In this document: in pieces, positions 1 to 12,250 of the stretch | How positions within the stretch are numbered: the stretch's first letter is position 1 | How the letters are laid out: each line of letters begins with the position of its first letter | Assembly: GCA_907165135.1 (NCBI GenBank) | Contig: OU015566.1 | Location: forward strand, 6,944,001-7,008,000 | Reading direction: 5' to 3' | Length of the DNA: 64,000 nt | Origin: Oikopleura dioica | Taxonomy: Eukaryota; Animalia; Chordata | Made by a program: the position numbers and the translations under genes | The notes under the pieces: model-generated | Told to the model about the DNA's origin: nothing | Database searches by the model: none | The model's input: only the letters and a program-made list of their open reading frames with translations

Positions 1-65
1 GTTGAGGAATTCGAATTCGTCTTTCCGCGGCGAGAGGAGCTACTCGACGGCGGAGCGGACTGAAT

Positions 66-2665
66 TTATTCTGTAAGGAGTACAGTAAGATGAGCAAAGA
101 AAACAGCAGCGCAATGATTAAAAATCGAAAAATGGAATGCTTGCCAAAGTAGCCGGCAGAAAGCCGAGAAGTCAACACGGAGGAAAATAAGAATCAAATA
201 TGTATCGATGAGGATGGGTGATTGGTTATTTATTACCTGTACAGAGCCATCGGCGCCTGTCACCACTTCGATAATGCGCGGCCGCTCGATCACTGTCGCA
301 TCTCCTTCACCGTCTTCGACGATTCCGACGATCCAAGCTTGGTGGCCCTCGATTCGTCGCAGCTCGGCGCAAAATTTCGCAGCCTGAATGACTCCAATTG
401 AGTTCGCGAAATTGGAGAGCTTATGATCAATTTCTGCTCGCCAAGCAGTTTCAAGAATTGTATAAAAATAAATTATACATAGCAAGAGTCAGGACGAAAA
501 ACCACGAGTCAATCCTCATTTCACAAAGAATTAAGTAACCTCACTGTGACAAGAATCAATCGATAGTATAGTTTCAGGGCATTAATCATTTACAGCTCTT
601 GCTTTAATTTGGCACATAAGCTCAAGCCAAGAGGATTTGTTATTTCCTACCTCTTCGCGAGGGAGGGCAATGAGCATCCCTCCGGAGATTTCAGGAGCGA
701 CGCCTTTTGCTAGACCGAAGGAATTGCCCATTGCTTTCGCGATCGTGTTCATTTTCGCGAGAACCGGCAGATTGTGGATCACAAAGTTGACCTTTTTCTT
801 CTGTCGCTTTGCAAGGAGTTTAGCGTGACCCAGAATTCCGTAGCCTTGTAAGTTTAAAAAATAATGAGTAGATTCTAGCATGGGTTCGAGTTACCGGCGA
901 CAGCTGTTGCGCCATGCGCGTTGAATTGAGCCATGAAGCGTGAGGCGTCGCGATTTAATCTCACCATATTAAACATTGCATCCTAAATAATAAATTTCCT
1001 TCTTCCCGAGGATCGCTCATCAATTTAAAATGAAATTTGTGAGGAGATAATAACCAATGTTTCTATTCGCCAAACATATTACAGTAGAGTCTATTCAAAA
1101 GACTATAATCAGATTGAGAATATTTCAGACTAACGACATAATTGGCAATTATGATGGGTAGGATGACTGGACTGTCAAAAATACACTAATTCTTCTGGAA
1201 CTGAATAATTGGCTGATAGAGTGGTCGTCTTTTGCCCAAATTGTCTATTGCCCAACTTGGGTAAAAGTCGGCCTGGGAAAAAGTCCTATCCTCCGACAAA
1301 CCTATGAATGTCAAATCGTTGAATTCCTCCTATTGAAGGAAATGCCCTCAAAGAACCATTTTTTCCAAAATTAACATAAGGGGTCAGATCTGAAAGTAAG
1401 GAGAGCTTACCTGATAGCCTCGTTCGACATCCTGTTCGGTAACAACTTGCTTCAGTCGATTCCATTTTTCTTGGTTCTGTTCCATCCACATATGCGCCAT
1501 ACACGCCACGTGAGTTCCAAGTGGCTTCGTTAAGACTAATTGGTTGATTTAATTAACGGGAGCTTATTCAATCTCCTTCTATGGATTGACCGAAAAACCT
1601 TACCTAAGACATCGCCCTTTTGTGCCGCGTCGGATGCCACAAACTCGCGACTGCCAACGTTCATGAACGCATTTACTTGACCAGAAATGGTCAGTGACGG
1701 GTTCAGCGCAAGCGGCGACTGGGTCATTATTGCGTTTGCCCTTTCACAGCATTCTTGAAAACCAGCCACGATCTTTGGAAGGACAACATCGCGTTCACGG
1801 TCGGACATTTTCGTCGACGAGGTCATCAGAAGATTGACTGTTTCTACTTCAACGACTCCAGCGGCGTAGATTGGGGCAAGACAATGAGCACATGCTGCTT
1901 GACCGGCTATGTGCGGGTCGTCTACTGGTGGCAGGGTTTGAAATCTGACGAGCTCACGAGCACGTGAGCACGTGAGTGAGCTCGATGAGCATGCTCACGC
2001 GTGCTCATGCTCACAGAATTCTGGGCCCCTCGTGCTCACGCGTGCTCATGCTCACTGAAATTTGAGCAGCCCCGTGCTCACGCGTGCTCGTGCTCACGCG
2101 AAATATTCAGATTTCAAACCCTGACTGGTGGGTAAACGACGTCTACAGTGAGTTTCTTACTGTTACTTTCGGAAAGAAAAAGAGGATCAACTCGTTTGAA
2201 CTCACAAAATGAAACCTTCCTGATGCGACAAAGATATCCGTGAATCCATTCTTACTGCGGACAATCTGACAGGAGCCTGAGACTGCGCGCGGCGGAGGGT
2301 AAGTCGACTTCTGAACGACTGAAGCTTGTTCAGGAGATGCTTCAGGCGGCGATCGCTCCAGGAGTTTTTTATTGACCTCGGCAGGTGCACGGCAAGCGCT
2401 TCCCAGAAGATTGGAAAACCTTATTTGCTCAGTTAATGCGTAATTTTGCTCAAAGTTCAAACTGTCCAAAGATAGCCTTATTGATTCTGCCTTCAATAAA
2501 GGACATAAAAGTGTCGAGAAGTGGCTTGAACTCTTCTATTATTAAAAAATCAGCCGCTGGCAAAACTTTATGCGAGTATGAATGTGCATAAGTAACTCAC
2601 CTGGTGAGCCTGAATGATTCTTCTAGCCCTGAGGAAACCGGGTCGAAGAGTTTCCCCACGGACAT
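66..2665 (-). CDS. Selenophosphate synthetase-like protein (SPS1-like, probable pseudoenzyme), multi-exon; interrupted by a MITE; last exon may run past the window start
   Basis: Spliced peptides [22 protein letters not shown] / [21 protein letters not shown] / [29 protein letters not shown] / [12 protein letters not shown] / [11 protein letters not shown] / [12 protein letters not shown] / [13 protein letters not shown] / [14 protein letters not shown] / [18 protein letters not shown] are colinear with metazoan SEPHS1/2. Confidence 0.92.
1932..2123. mobile_element. hAT-type MITE (192 bp) inserted in a SEPHS-like coding exon
   Basis: Perfect 17-bp TIR cagggtttgaaatctga / tcagatttcaaaccctg; 8-bp TSD actggtgg at 1924-1931 and 2124-2131; internal gtgctcacgcgtgctc repeats. 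Confidence 0.92.
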
Positions 2666-2946
2666 CTCGCCTGCTTCTTACAATTGTGTCCGATGCTCAA
2701 CAGTCTGATCACCCATAATTAAGAACTTTTCAAACCGAGTATAAAAAGAGATTTTTGAAAGATTAAAAACTAGAAACTCTCCATTCTACATGTAAAAAAG
2801 GCCTGAATAAAGCAAAGAATAAAAACAACTTGCGGTATTTGTTGTGATAAGGGAATGTGGTGAATTCAAATTGTGAACTTTCTTAGAATAAATCTTAGAT
2901 TGATAACTGGGCAGTGAATAAATGTACAGTAATTTGACAGTAGATT

Positions 2947-5100
2947 CTAGCCTTGCATGTTCATGTGGCGCGTGAGGTATGTTTCTTTTGTTGCGGCGCG
3001 ATACTCGTCGATCAGATCGCCGACTACCTCCCGGGAGCGGTCGAACTCGAGCAAGTCGTCCTTGAACATCTCGTGCTTCCGGAAGGGCTCGGTGTACGCG
3101 TTACGCTTCTTCATTTTGTCGAAGTCAACGGCTGATCGATGGAAGAGCCTGAAAAGACGGAGATGTTAACGAAGAAGCAAAACGGATATCTAACTTACGA
3201 AGAAACGATAGTATGATTAGCGAGCATGAGTCCGGAAACCTTGTTTCTCGTCTCAATGTACGGCGATCGTCTAGCAAGAACAAGCTCTGGCGCCGCTGGA
3301 GCCCAGCTAATGAATTTGACCAAGTTCCGCTGTCTGATCCTCGTCAAGCTAAAAGCATTGTAAGGAGTTGCAGCAAGGGCACAGGTGAAGTGTACCTTTT
3401 GTAGCAGTCCGCCGGGTCGACGTCTCCTTGGATTATGTTCAGCAAAGAAATGTACACGTGATTGAGCTTCGAGCTCAACGCTCGCGCGCCCACATTCATC
3501 ATCATATTCTTTGTGTTGAGGAGACGCCTCATAACGTCCAGCGCAGTAGTCTTTAATTAGAATAAAAAGGTATTCAAAAGAAGGTGAGTTTTGAACAGGG
3601 AAGAACTTACTCGGGCGACTGTTGATTCTGATTCGGAAACCGCAAGGGGCGTGTAGCCAGTCATCAAAAAGTGAAGCTTGGGGACAGGAATCAGCGGCGA
3701 AAGAATTGATTGCAGATCGTTGTGGACGTACGTTGGGTAGCGAAGTGTGGCTGTGCAGGCAGACATCACTGAAGAAAGAATGAACGGTGGAAATGAAAGA
3801 AGACCGTACCTGTAGCAACGAGTTTGTTGATAACGGTAAAGTCAGGATTTGGAATGAGCAATTTTTCAACAGCAATCGAGTGAAGCGCCGCATTATCAAG
3901 AACCACGCAGGAATCAACATTTTGCGTAAGTCGCTAAAAGAGGCATTATGAAAAGTCACGTGATTACACGACTTACTTTAGTAGTCAATATCGTGTTATA
4001 CGGCTGCACAACGACGTCAGATCCTCTTTCGGACTCTTGCGATGGGAAAACAGAAAATGTCTAAATGGAGGGTCAACGATACTAATAAGACTAACAGGTT
4101 TCAAATAAGTCGGACATAAATTGGTGGAGCGATTTTGAAAGTGTTAGAGTCGAGATATTTCGATTCTCTCTTTTGCACCATGTTGGGGAGGGTCTGATGT
4201 GTGTTAAATAAGATTTTGGTGTTATTTGAATATGTGGAGGTGGAGTAATGACGTCACAAAGTTGATAGTGCCCTTCTATAATGCATTTTCATGACGTCAT
4301 AACTCCACCACCAGAAACTTTATTGACACCAATTCTTCTTAAAATATGTAAAATTATATCCGGCTACAGTCTGCAAGTTACAGATCGTAATTATCTTAGC
4401 CCAATCGAAAGTTACAGACATCGTATGTCCGACTTATTTGAAGCCTGTTACTACCATTCCAAATGAACCTGAATAATTTTCTTTGGATAACGATCGTGAA
4501 GATTCTCGAGTAAATAGCTTCCCAAGCCGGAGCCAGTTCCACCAGCTGTTGAATGACAAATATTAAAAGCTTGCAGATTGTCACTTCCGTCCGCTTCTCG
4601 ATCGATCATGTCAAAAATCTAAATTTATAGCGATCTGAAGCAACCAAGATGGTCAAGTACCTTTTCACTGATTTTGCCTCCTTGCTCGAATCCGGACGCC
4701 CAGTTGTTCCCAGCGCCACCTCCGTGCTCGGATATGTAAAAGTTCTCAGGGTTGAAGAGGTTCTTATGCTCGGAGTTTCGAATGTTTGAAATAACTCGCG
4801 GCTCCAAATCGATCAGCTGAATAAAAAGTTAATACCTTTTGTTGGTATTTGAGGTACTCACGAGAGCGCGAGGAATATAATGCTCATCGTCGGCTTGGTA
4901 GAAGAAAACGTCTTTGCGATCGTATCCCTCACGAGCGAAGTCTTCTATGATTCCATCGGGTCGGATGCCGTGCTCTTTCACGATCTGAAATCATATAGGA
5001 AACCCGACCGAATTTGAGCTCTCTTTACCTGTTTCCAAAACTCGCATCCGACTTGATTCCCGCACTGTCCAACCTGTAGTGTGATAATTTCTCGGGGCAT
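2947..5100 (-). CDS. TUBG1: Gamma-tubulin
   Basis: [86 protein letters not shown]; GT-AG introns. Confidence 0.97.
4094..4448. mobile_element. MITE in a gamma-tubulin intron
   Basis: 25-bp TIR acagg(t/c)ttcaaataagtcggacata with one mismatch, flanked by TA on both sides; internal inverted repeat ggtggagt(a/t)atgacgtca. Confidence 0.8.
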
Positions 5101-5392
5101 TTCTTAAAAAAATCACAAAAATTCAAGCGTGTGATCGGAAAAAATATTATTTTTCGAATGGAAACAACCGGTCACAAACGAGAAAACAAGGCGATCGTGA
5201 ATCAGGAAAATAGGTGTCAGTGAGGAGAAGTCGTTATTTCGAGCCCGCCGTTTTGAAAAACATGAAAACGGGAATTTTCCGTTTTCGTTGTCTGTTAGAA
5301 TCTGTACAGAATAAGAGCGCACTTCGTTTTGCTGATTAATTTTGGCAATTACAAATGAATGAACAAGACGGGCAAAAAGGGAAGCAATCAAA

Positions 5393-5993
5393 TCAGAAAT
5401 CATCGTCAAGATCGATTTCCTCCACAGTTTTTATCAGCGAGTTATTTACAACTTTAATTAGATTTGGATTCTCAAGGGCAGCAGCTACGCGTTCTTTGTC
5501 CTTTAGCTGCCTGTTTACTTGGTGCTCCTTTTAAAATTGTGATTAATGATTGAAGGTTTAGTTTCCTCGATTACCTGTGCGTGCGTTCCGGGAGTAATGG
5601 CCAGGTTGACTTTGAACCTTCGCGGCAAGGAGCGGATCAGTTTGACTGAGATGGATAAACCGATCAGCGTTGCCATCGAGCAGTGCGGAATCGTCGGTGT
5701 AAAAGTCACATTTATCTCGTTTTCCTCGTCGTTAACAGTGATCAACTCTTCCTACAAAACTCATTTCACTCGGCTAGGGAATGGGACGGTACCTGAACGA
5801 CACCAAGCTCTTCAAGAGACATGGGATGCTCGGGATCTCTGATTTCTCGAATCAACTCAAACACTTCCCGTGCGTCCCAAGGATCTCTAACATCGTCGTC
5901 CCAGTCCGAAGCTTTTTGCTCTCTTGGTTTGGCTTTTTGAAAAAGAGTTGGAGTTGCGTTTTGAAGCGCTTGATCTATCGATGCGAAGACCAT
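5393..5993 (-). CDS. CIAO2B: Cytosolic Fe-S assembly component 2B (FAM96B/CIA2)
   Basis: [72 protein letters not shown]. Confidence 0.95.
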
Positions 5994-6034
5994 TCTATGG
6001 AGAGCCAATTAGAACTAAAAATTGAGTGTTGGTT

Positions 6035-6980
6035 CTAGAGTTTTGAGAATAATACAGAAACAGTAGACGATCCTTCTTTCCCTCCAAATTTGAATTTCGG
6101 TACTTTCAGCTCTGTAACCAGCTCAAACTGCTTCGAAAAGTGCTTCTTTAATTCGTCGGTCGTCCAATTGCAACTAATACGGAATAAACTTTTGATCCTA
6201 TAAACCGATTTCTAACCTAGTTATAAACAAATAATCGCCTTTCTTTTCAAGCATTTGGGCGACGTTCTCCGAATAATTGGCGATGGCAGTCTCCTTATCG
6301 CTAGGCGTGAGGCTGATCGCGTCAAACGTGCCTTTATCCATGGCGATTTTATATTTTGCGGTGAAGCGCTCGTCAGATTTTAGAATATCTGCTTGAAAGA
6401 GATGATCCACCAGATTCGGGCAGATTTGAGCAGCGAGCTTTATCGAGCTGGGCGAGTAATCGATCCCAGTCAAATTGGTGAAGCCGAAGTCTTCTAGCTC
6501 CCGAAGCATCACACTATCAGGATTTCTTTATCAAACGATATTTCAGAAAGGGAATTTCATACCCATTTCCAGTTCCAAGATCAATAATCGGATCGTTTTC
6601 TTCAATCTTATCCTCTTCTACAAGCCGCTCAAGATGCTTGATCATTCTGTACATAGCATCTTCTCCGAACCAGACTTCTCCTTCGTCTCAAAAATACAGG
6701 TTCGCAAAAGGTATTTGTCAAGTTTATGTTTCTCTGTGCTCGGAAACCTGTGTAGAAAACTGATTCAGGGTCCTGAAAGTGCCTTTTTCAAAACATAAAG
6801 CCCCTGACTAAGGATTCTACTCAGGTTCCTAAGCCCAGATCTTCCCGCTACTAGAATCACGAACCCTTTCCCATGATGCTCAAAGTTCTCATTCTCCTTC
6901 TGATACAAACTTTCCCAATATTCCTGCGTGCCCAACCTCGACGAGTTCAACATTTCCACCGTTTCTTCTTTAGCTTCCAT
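6035..6980 (-). CDS. EEF1AKMT2: eEF1A lysine methyltransferase 2 (METTL10/Efm4)
   Basis: SSRLGTQEYWE, GEVWFGED, IIDLGTGNG, LTGIDYSP, DKGTFDAISL, SCNWT, PKFKFGGKEG. Confidence 0.93.
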
Positions 6981-7216
6981 TCTACAAGAAACAAAACTTT
7001 CAGGACGAGTACTTCCTTATTACACATACTGAGATATTTTGAATATTTAACCATTCATTACATGTAGAGCTTGCTAGTAGAATCGAGAAATATAATCTTG
7101 AGAAAAAAATGTAGCTATAGAATTCTTTATCTGTAAGAGTGATGGTGTGTCGGAATCGAGAAACAAGAGAGAAAGTTGAGAAAACAGAAATTGCTTTTCA
7201 TCCCATATCATTTTAT

Positions 7217-8594
7217 TTAGTTGGGCTTATCGTCGTCACCTTCTTTCTTCTTCTCGCCAAGGGCGCCTTTAACAGCATCGGAGTTCGGATCGACTTCTGG
7301 GAGCGTCTCGATAATGGACCGGAGGAATTCGGGGTCAGTCACTAGCTCTTCTGCGTTTTCTGAATAATTCTTAGAGTCGATTCAACAAGATGCCTCTCTT
7401 ACGATCAGTTTCCATTGATTCTGCTGGAGCAGCAGCAGCAGGAGTTTCCTCTGCCGGAGCCGAGTCGGCCATTGACATCCTCAGAGCATAAGCGATTTGC
7501 TCCTCTTCCGTCATTGCAGCAAAGTTTGGTTCATCATTTGATGGAGCAGCTGGAGCACCGCCCTGAAATCGTTTTACATACAGAAAAACGGCTGGAAACT
7601 CACCATGCTCATGCTCAAAGCAGCGTTTAGCATTGCTCGATCTTCGTCCATTGCTTCCGTTTCAGCTGGAGCAGCTCCACCGGAGGTCTCTTGTTCTCCA
7701 CCACCGTCCTAAATAATTCATAGAAGATCAGAAAGATTGGAATGCCTTACGGTCTCTTGTCGAGCTCTCTGTTCCTCAAGAGAGATACGAAGAGCCATAG
7801 CAAGTTCTGGATCAGTTTCAGCGTCGTCCATGGCAAAGGCACCGCCAACTGGGCCATCATCGCCGACTAAAACGATAAGAAATAAGAAAGTAAGAGCTGA
7901 ACATACTGATTGGAGACTGACGAAGAGCTTGGTCGAGATTGTTGCCACTAGAAATTCGAACAAGGTGGCTTCCACTGCCGTCTTTGCCGTTGAGAGTATT
8001 GATGAAAGCGGTGAGTTTAGCCTGGTTGGCTTCGTCTTCGCCGAAAGAAACGATGTCAAGGTTGACCTTTTGGTTGTTTTAGGTCTTGTTGATCTATGAT
8101 TTCGGGTACCTTTTCTTTTTTCAATCGCTTGGCAACTTTGATCAATTCCTTTTCATCTTCAAGAATCGGCGAGCAGATGAAAACGACGATTCGTTGTCGG
8201 TGATTTTTATGCTGAAAAAGATATCACAAACGAAGAAATTTCTCTCTAACCATTCGGTGTTTAAGTGAGAGTTGAGCGACTCGGACAGCTGCTGAAAGCT
8301 TGACCTCTCCTTCTGGCTGGACCTTGGCCATCACGGATTGGAACTTTTGCTGGTCCGCGGTTAAAGTCGTGACCAAGTAGTTGTTAGACATAGTAAGAAG
8401 ACCAACGTCATTTTCAGGGTTGGATTTGAGCTTCGTTCTAAGACAGGATATGAGGCGAAATGAGGGAAGAAGTAACAGTACCTAGCGACGAGATTAGCCG
8501 CATCTTGCTGGGAAATAAGCCGATTGAGACCAAAATCACCGTTTCGGCAATATTCCGAATTATCAACGCAAATAATTGTACTTTCAAGTGTCAT
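7217..8594 (-). CDS. PSMD4: 26S proteasome ubiquitin receptor Rpn10
   Basis: [21 protein letters not shown] (vWA domain); [23 protein letters not shown]; further [17 protein letters not shown]-like segment. Confidence 0.96.
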
Positions 8595-9133
8595 CAGATC
8601 TTTTCTCTAAAAACAGGAATAGAGATCTTAGACAAGATGATTTTTTTTTCACATAGAAAAAGAAAAGTGCAGCGCAAGCATAACAGACTTTATTTTGCCC
8701 GAAGAGACTTGAGATAACAAATCTTTAGATTTTCTAGAGACGCTTTTTGTCTCGTTTCCTGCTGCGCGGATTTTTTTCTAAGGTTTTTTGAAAATTCGAA
8801 GCCACCAAAAAAGCATAAAAAGGAGAAATTTTTAATTGGGCGAATGTAAATTTGATGGATTGGAAGGCCATATTGTTGGATATTTCGTAGCGTTTCAGAA
8901 CTGTGCCAAGTTTTTAAATAAAATAAATGCAGTAAGTAGATGTCCTGAAGTCATACGGTGTATGAACTTAAAGCTTTGGAAAAGAAAAGTAAGGATCGCT
9001 TATTTTGAAATAGAGTCAGTAAGTAGTTTAAAATGCTGAGAAAAAAGATAGAAGCAGTGCAGTGCATATTTTTTAACAATTCGGCAAATAGGATGAATTG
9101 GAAAATACAGAATTATTGGCTTGATAGATGGTT

Positions 9134-11830
9134 TTAGGCTAGAGCTCGTTGTTGAGTTTGGTAACATCGCATTCGTGTTGACTCCAACTCTATAACAACT
9201 CCTTTGGACACTGATTTTAATTGAAATTTGCATACTTTTATTTTCTTTTCGAAGTATTCTAGCGCAACGTGGACGTCAACTGTATGATGCTGGCCTGGAA
9301 TATTGACTAAATGCTCGTTGACGGCAACTTGGAGGACTAAATCCGGCCCGGGCGTGTCCTCTTCCGATCCGGGATTATTCTTTTTGTAGAGCAAAAATGA
9401 GATGTTGGCGGCGAAAGGAGCTATTTTTGTGCAACGGAAACGTCTGTGCCTTGCTTTTTTGAGAGTTGAAGACGAGTTTATCAATAAAACATCATTTATT
9501 AATTTTGGAAGCATTCAGAAATACTGTGCGCATGAGAGGGAATGGAATACTTTTAATATAGTTATCATTTTAACGCGATTTTAACTGATATATTAAAGTA
9601 CAGAACAGATTTTTATGCAATTTTATCTTCAAGAAATTTCATGATAGAAAATTGCGCTTTAGAATCGCTTTAGTTTTGTCGCAATCATTTTATGATAAAA
9701 ACATATTTATAGATAGGGAGAATTATTAACACTGAAGCTTGGACCATAGACCATTGTATATGCTCCATAGAATATTCAAAGAGTTGTATGCGTCAAAAAG
9801 AACTGTTTCATTTTGAAAATCATGTTTTTCAATCAAATTCAGGTGTAGGAAACTGTGGTAATGGGAAAATAGGTGACGGTGATTTCATTTCACATGTGTC
9901 TCATTATATTGTGACTTCGTAGAATGAATCGAAGAAAATTTGGTATTCATTTTGTTTTCAAAAAATCTCTATGAAATACATTTCGTCGATACACTCGAAA
10001 TTCACACTGGGGATGGTCAATTATATAATGAAATTATTGCGCAGCCATGAAATCGATAAGCATCTTTTCATTATAAATAGAGCGTAAGCTTGAATTCCCA
10101 CTGAAACAAACCATTTCTTAGCTAATTCTTCAACCTTTCCTAAAACAAAACTATCAGCAGTCAAAGGAGCCCCTTCAAAAAGCCCTAAAAGTGCCATAAG
10201 CGGAACAGCTGTTTCAGCATGTCCGAAGTAAAGATCTGCTCTCGGTTTTGCGTCCGGGTTTTCGACCATTTCCCGGATGATCCCAACCATATCATCGAGC
10301 AAAGGCGTGGCGGAACGGTAGTTAAGGGCGTAGCCATAACCAGTTTTGTAGTAGTGCTTCAAATCGGAGACGTATTCCAGCACTTCAAATGCGTCTTTTT
10401 GCAAGTTTAAAATAGTCTCTTCGAAAACCAAAACTCTCTAAAACATTTTTAGTCAAATTCATTTCAAACTTTCCTTCTGTTCTGAAAAACTCCTTGAGCT
10501 CCGATTTCCCAAAGAGCGCCGTTTCAAAAACCACCAACTGATGCAAATCCACCACTTGTCTGTTAGTTATGTATTTGAGTCCCAACGTCCTGGCAATTTC
10601 CTTTCGTATGCTCGAGACATGACCGCCTGCGATAAACTTTCGGGACTCGTTTTCGCATCTTGGTGATTCCTCCCAATCCACATGGCGACGGCAGCTATCG
10701 AAAAAGCGCAACAGACGGTTGTTGATTTCGATTTCAGTTTCGAGATATGTTACGGATCGTTCTGTGGCGTCCACGTGATCCATATCTGTAGAGAAATCGG
10801 AGTATTCTTCGGGATGGAGACCGGCGATGAAGCCACGCGCGGAAGAAACACAACGAGCTGGAGAAAAATTCGTTGTTGAATTCGAAGAAAAGATACCTTT
10901 GAAAGAAGATTTTACGGAGTATCTTCTACTGTCAAAAATTTCTGGGTTGAGACTTTTGAAGCGTGAAGCGAGGCCTTTGAGTTCGGCCCAGCCGACATCA
11001 TTTAATAGCCACGCGAGATCGACGTCCATCTGAGGCTCCCAATCTTCAAGCCACTCGGGAAGATTTTCTGTTGCATTATTTTGAACACTGGAATACATTT
11101 GATGATGACGTATGGAGAGTTTCTACGATACGATACCTGTAAATCAGCGTTGCCCATTTTTGAATCTTGCTCGATGACGGATATCTTGTACCATGACGAT
11201 ATAACGCACTGAGACCAGTTAATGTGTAGTCTTTAGGGACGTTCTTAAAAACTTGTTTAGAGATTGCTCAAGAGAAGAGAAGCCATCACCAAATAGACAG
11301 AGTTTCGGGCCTTAGCAAAAATATACTTTTCACGACTTTCGAGAAGAGTTTACAATAACAACTAGATTATAAAAATTTCAAGTATAAATCGGAAATGATA
11401 GCTGAGTGCAAATTTTATGAAATCTACGACCACTTAAATCCTATAAAATCGATGATTCTTTGAAAGAATTGTAAACTCTGCTCATTGTTGCCCGAAAGTT
11501 GTCTCTTTATGAGAGTTTTGAGAGTTCAAAAAAGCAAGGTCGCCAAGTGACTTGGTCGGGCCATAAAAATGACATGTTTCATTTGAATAATATTGAAATT
11601 AATTGAAGCAAAGAAATGATGCCAACTGTACCTTGTATAGATATAAAGACGAGTCCTGGAATTTTTGACTAGTTGCGTATGCCGTCTTCGTGCCTGCAGG
11701 ATACTGAAAAAGAGACAAAGAAGTAGCGACTCAGGAGGGAGCGGACTGTACCTCGTCAGAAAGAGAAAATGACTCGGAAGAGCAGCCGCTAGTAGGCGAC
11801 CAGACGAGCTTCAGAAGAATCTGTTCATCG
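9134..11830 (-). CDS. MINPP1: Multiple inositol polyphosphate phosphatase (histidine acid phosphatase); both ends uncertain
   Basis: GTKTAY, RHGTRYP active-site motif, DLKHYYKTGYG, FGHAET, RFRCTKIAPFAANISFLLY, LQVAVNE. Start codon not resolved. Confidence 0.88.
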
Positions 11831-12250
11831 GGTCAACGATTTTCAAAATTAAACTAGACAAAGTCAACTTTCTGGAGCTCTCGATTTCTGCTCGATCGCG
11901 ATCGTTAAACCCTTAGATCAGAGACAGCAAGTTCATTCAACCTGTCAATTTAGCCTTTTTAGCACTGCAGAATTGATAGACACGGTCTTAAAAAGAAACA
12001 CACAAGTAAATATATGTTTTTCTTATTTTTTAATATATTTCATTATTAAAAATCGCCGCAGGGCAGATGATCTATGTTTGCCTAAGGGTAGTGGTTGAGT
12101 TTTTGAACTTCTCAGGAGAACAGGACAGAGCCAGTCAATAAATAAGGTGGTTTTTCGAGCGAAAAAATATTCGTAGAGCGAATTAGAATTAATGATGAGC
12201 CAACAGAATCAATCAGTACTTGACAGGAAGAATACAGAGAGCGAAGGACT

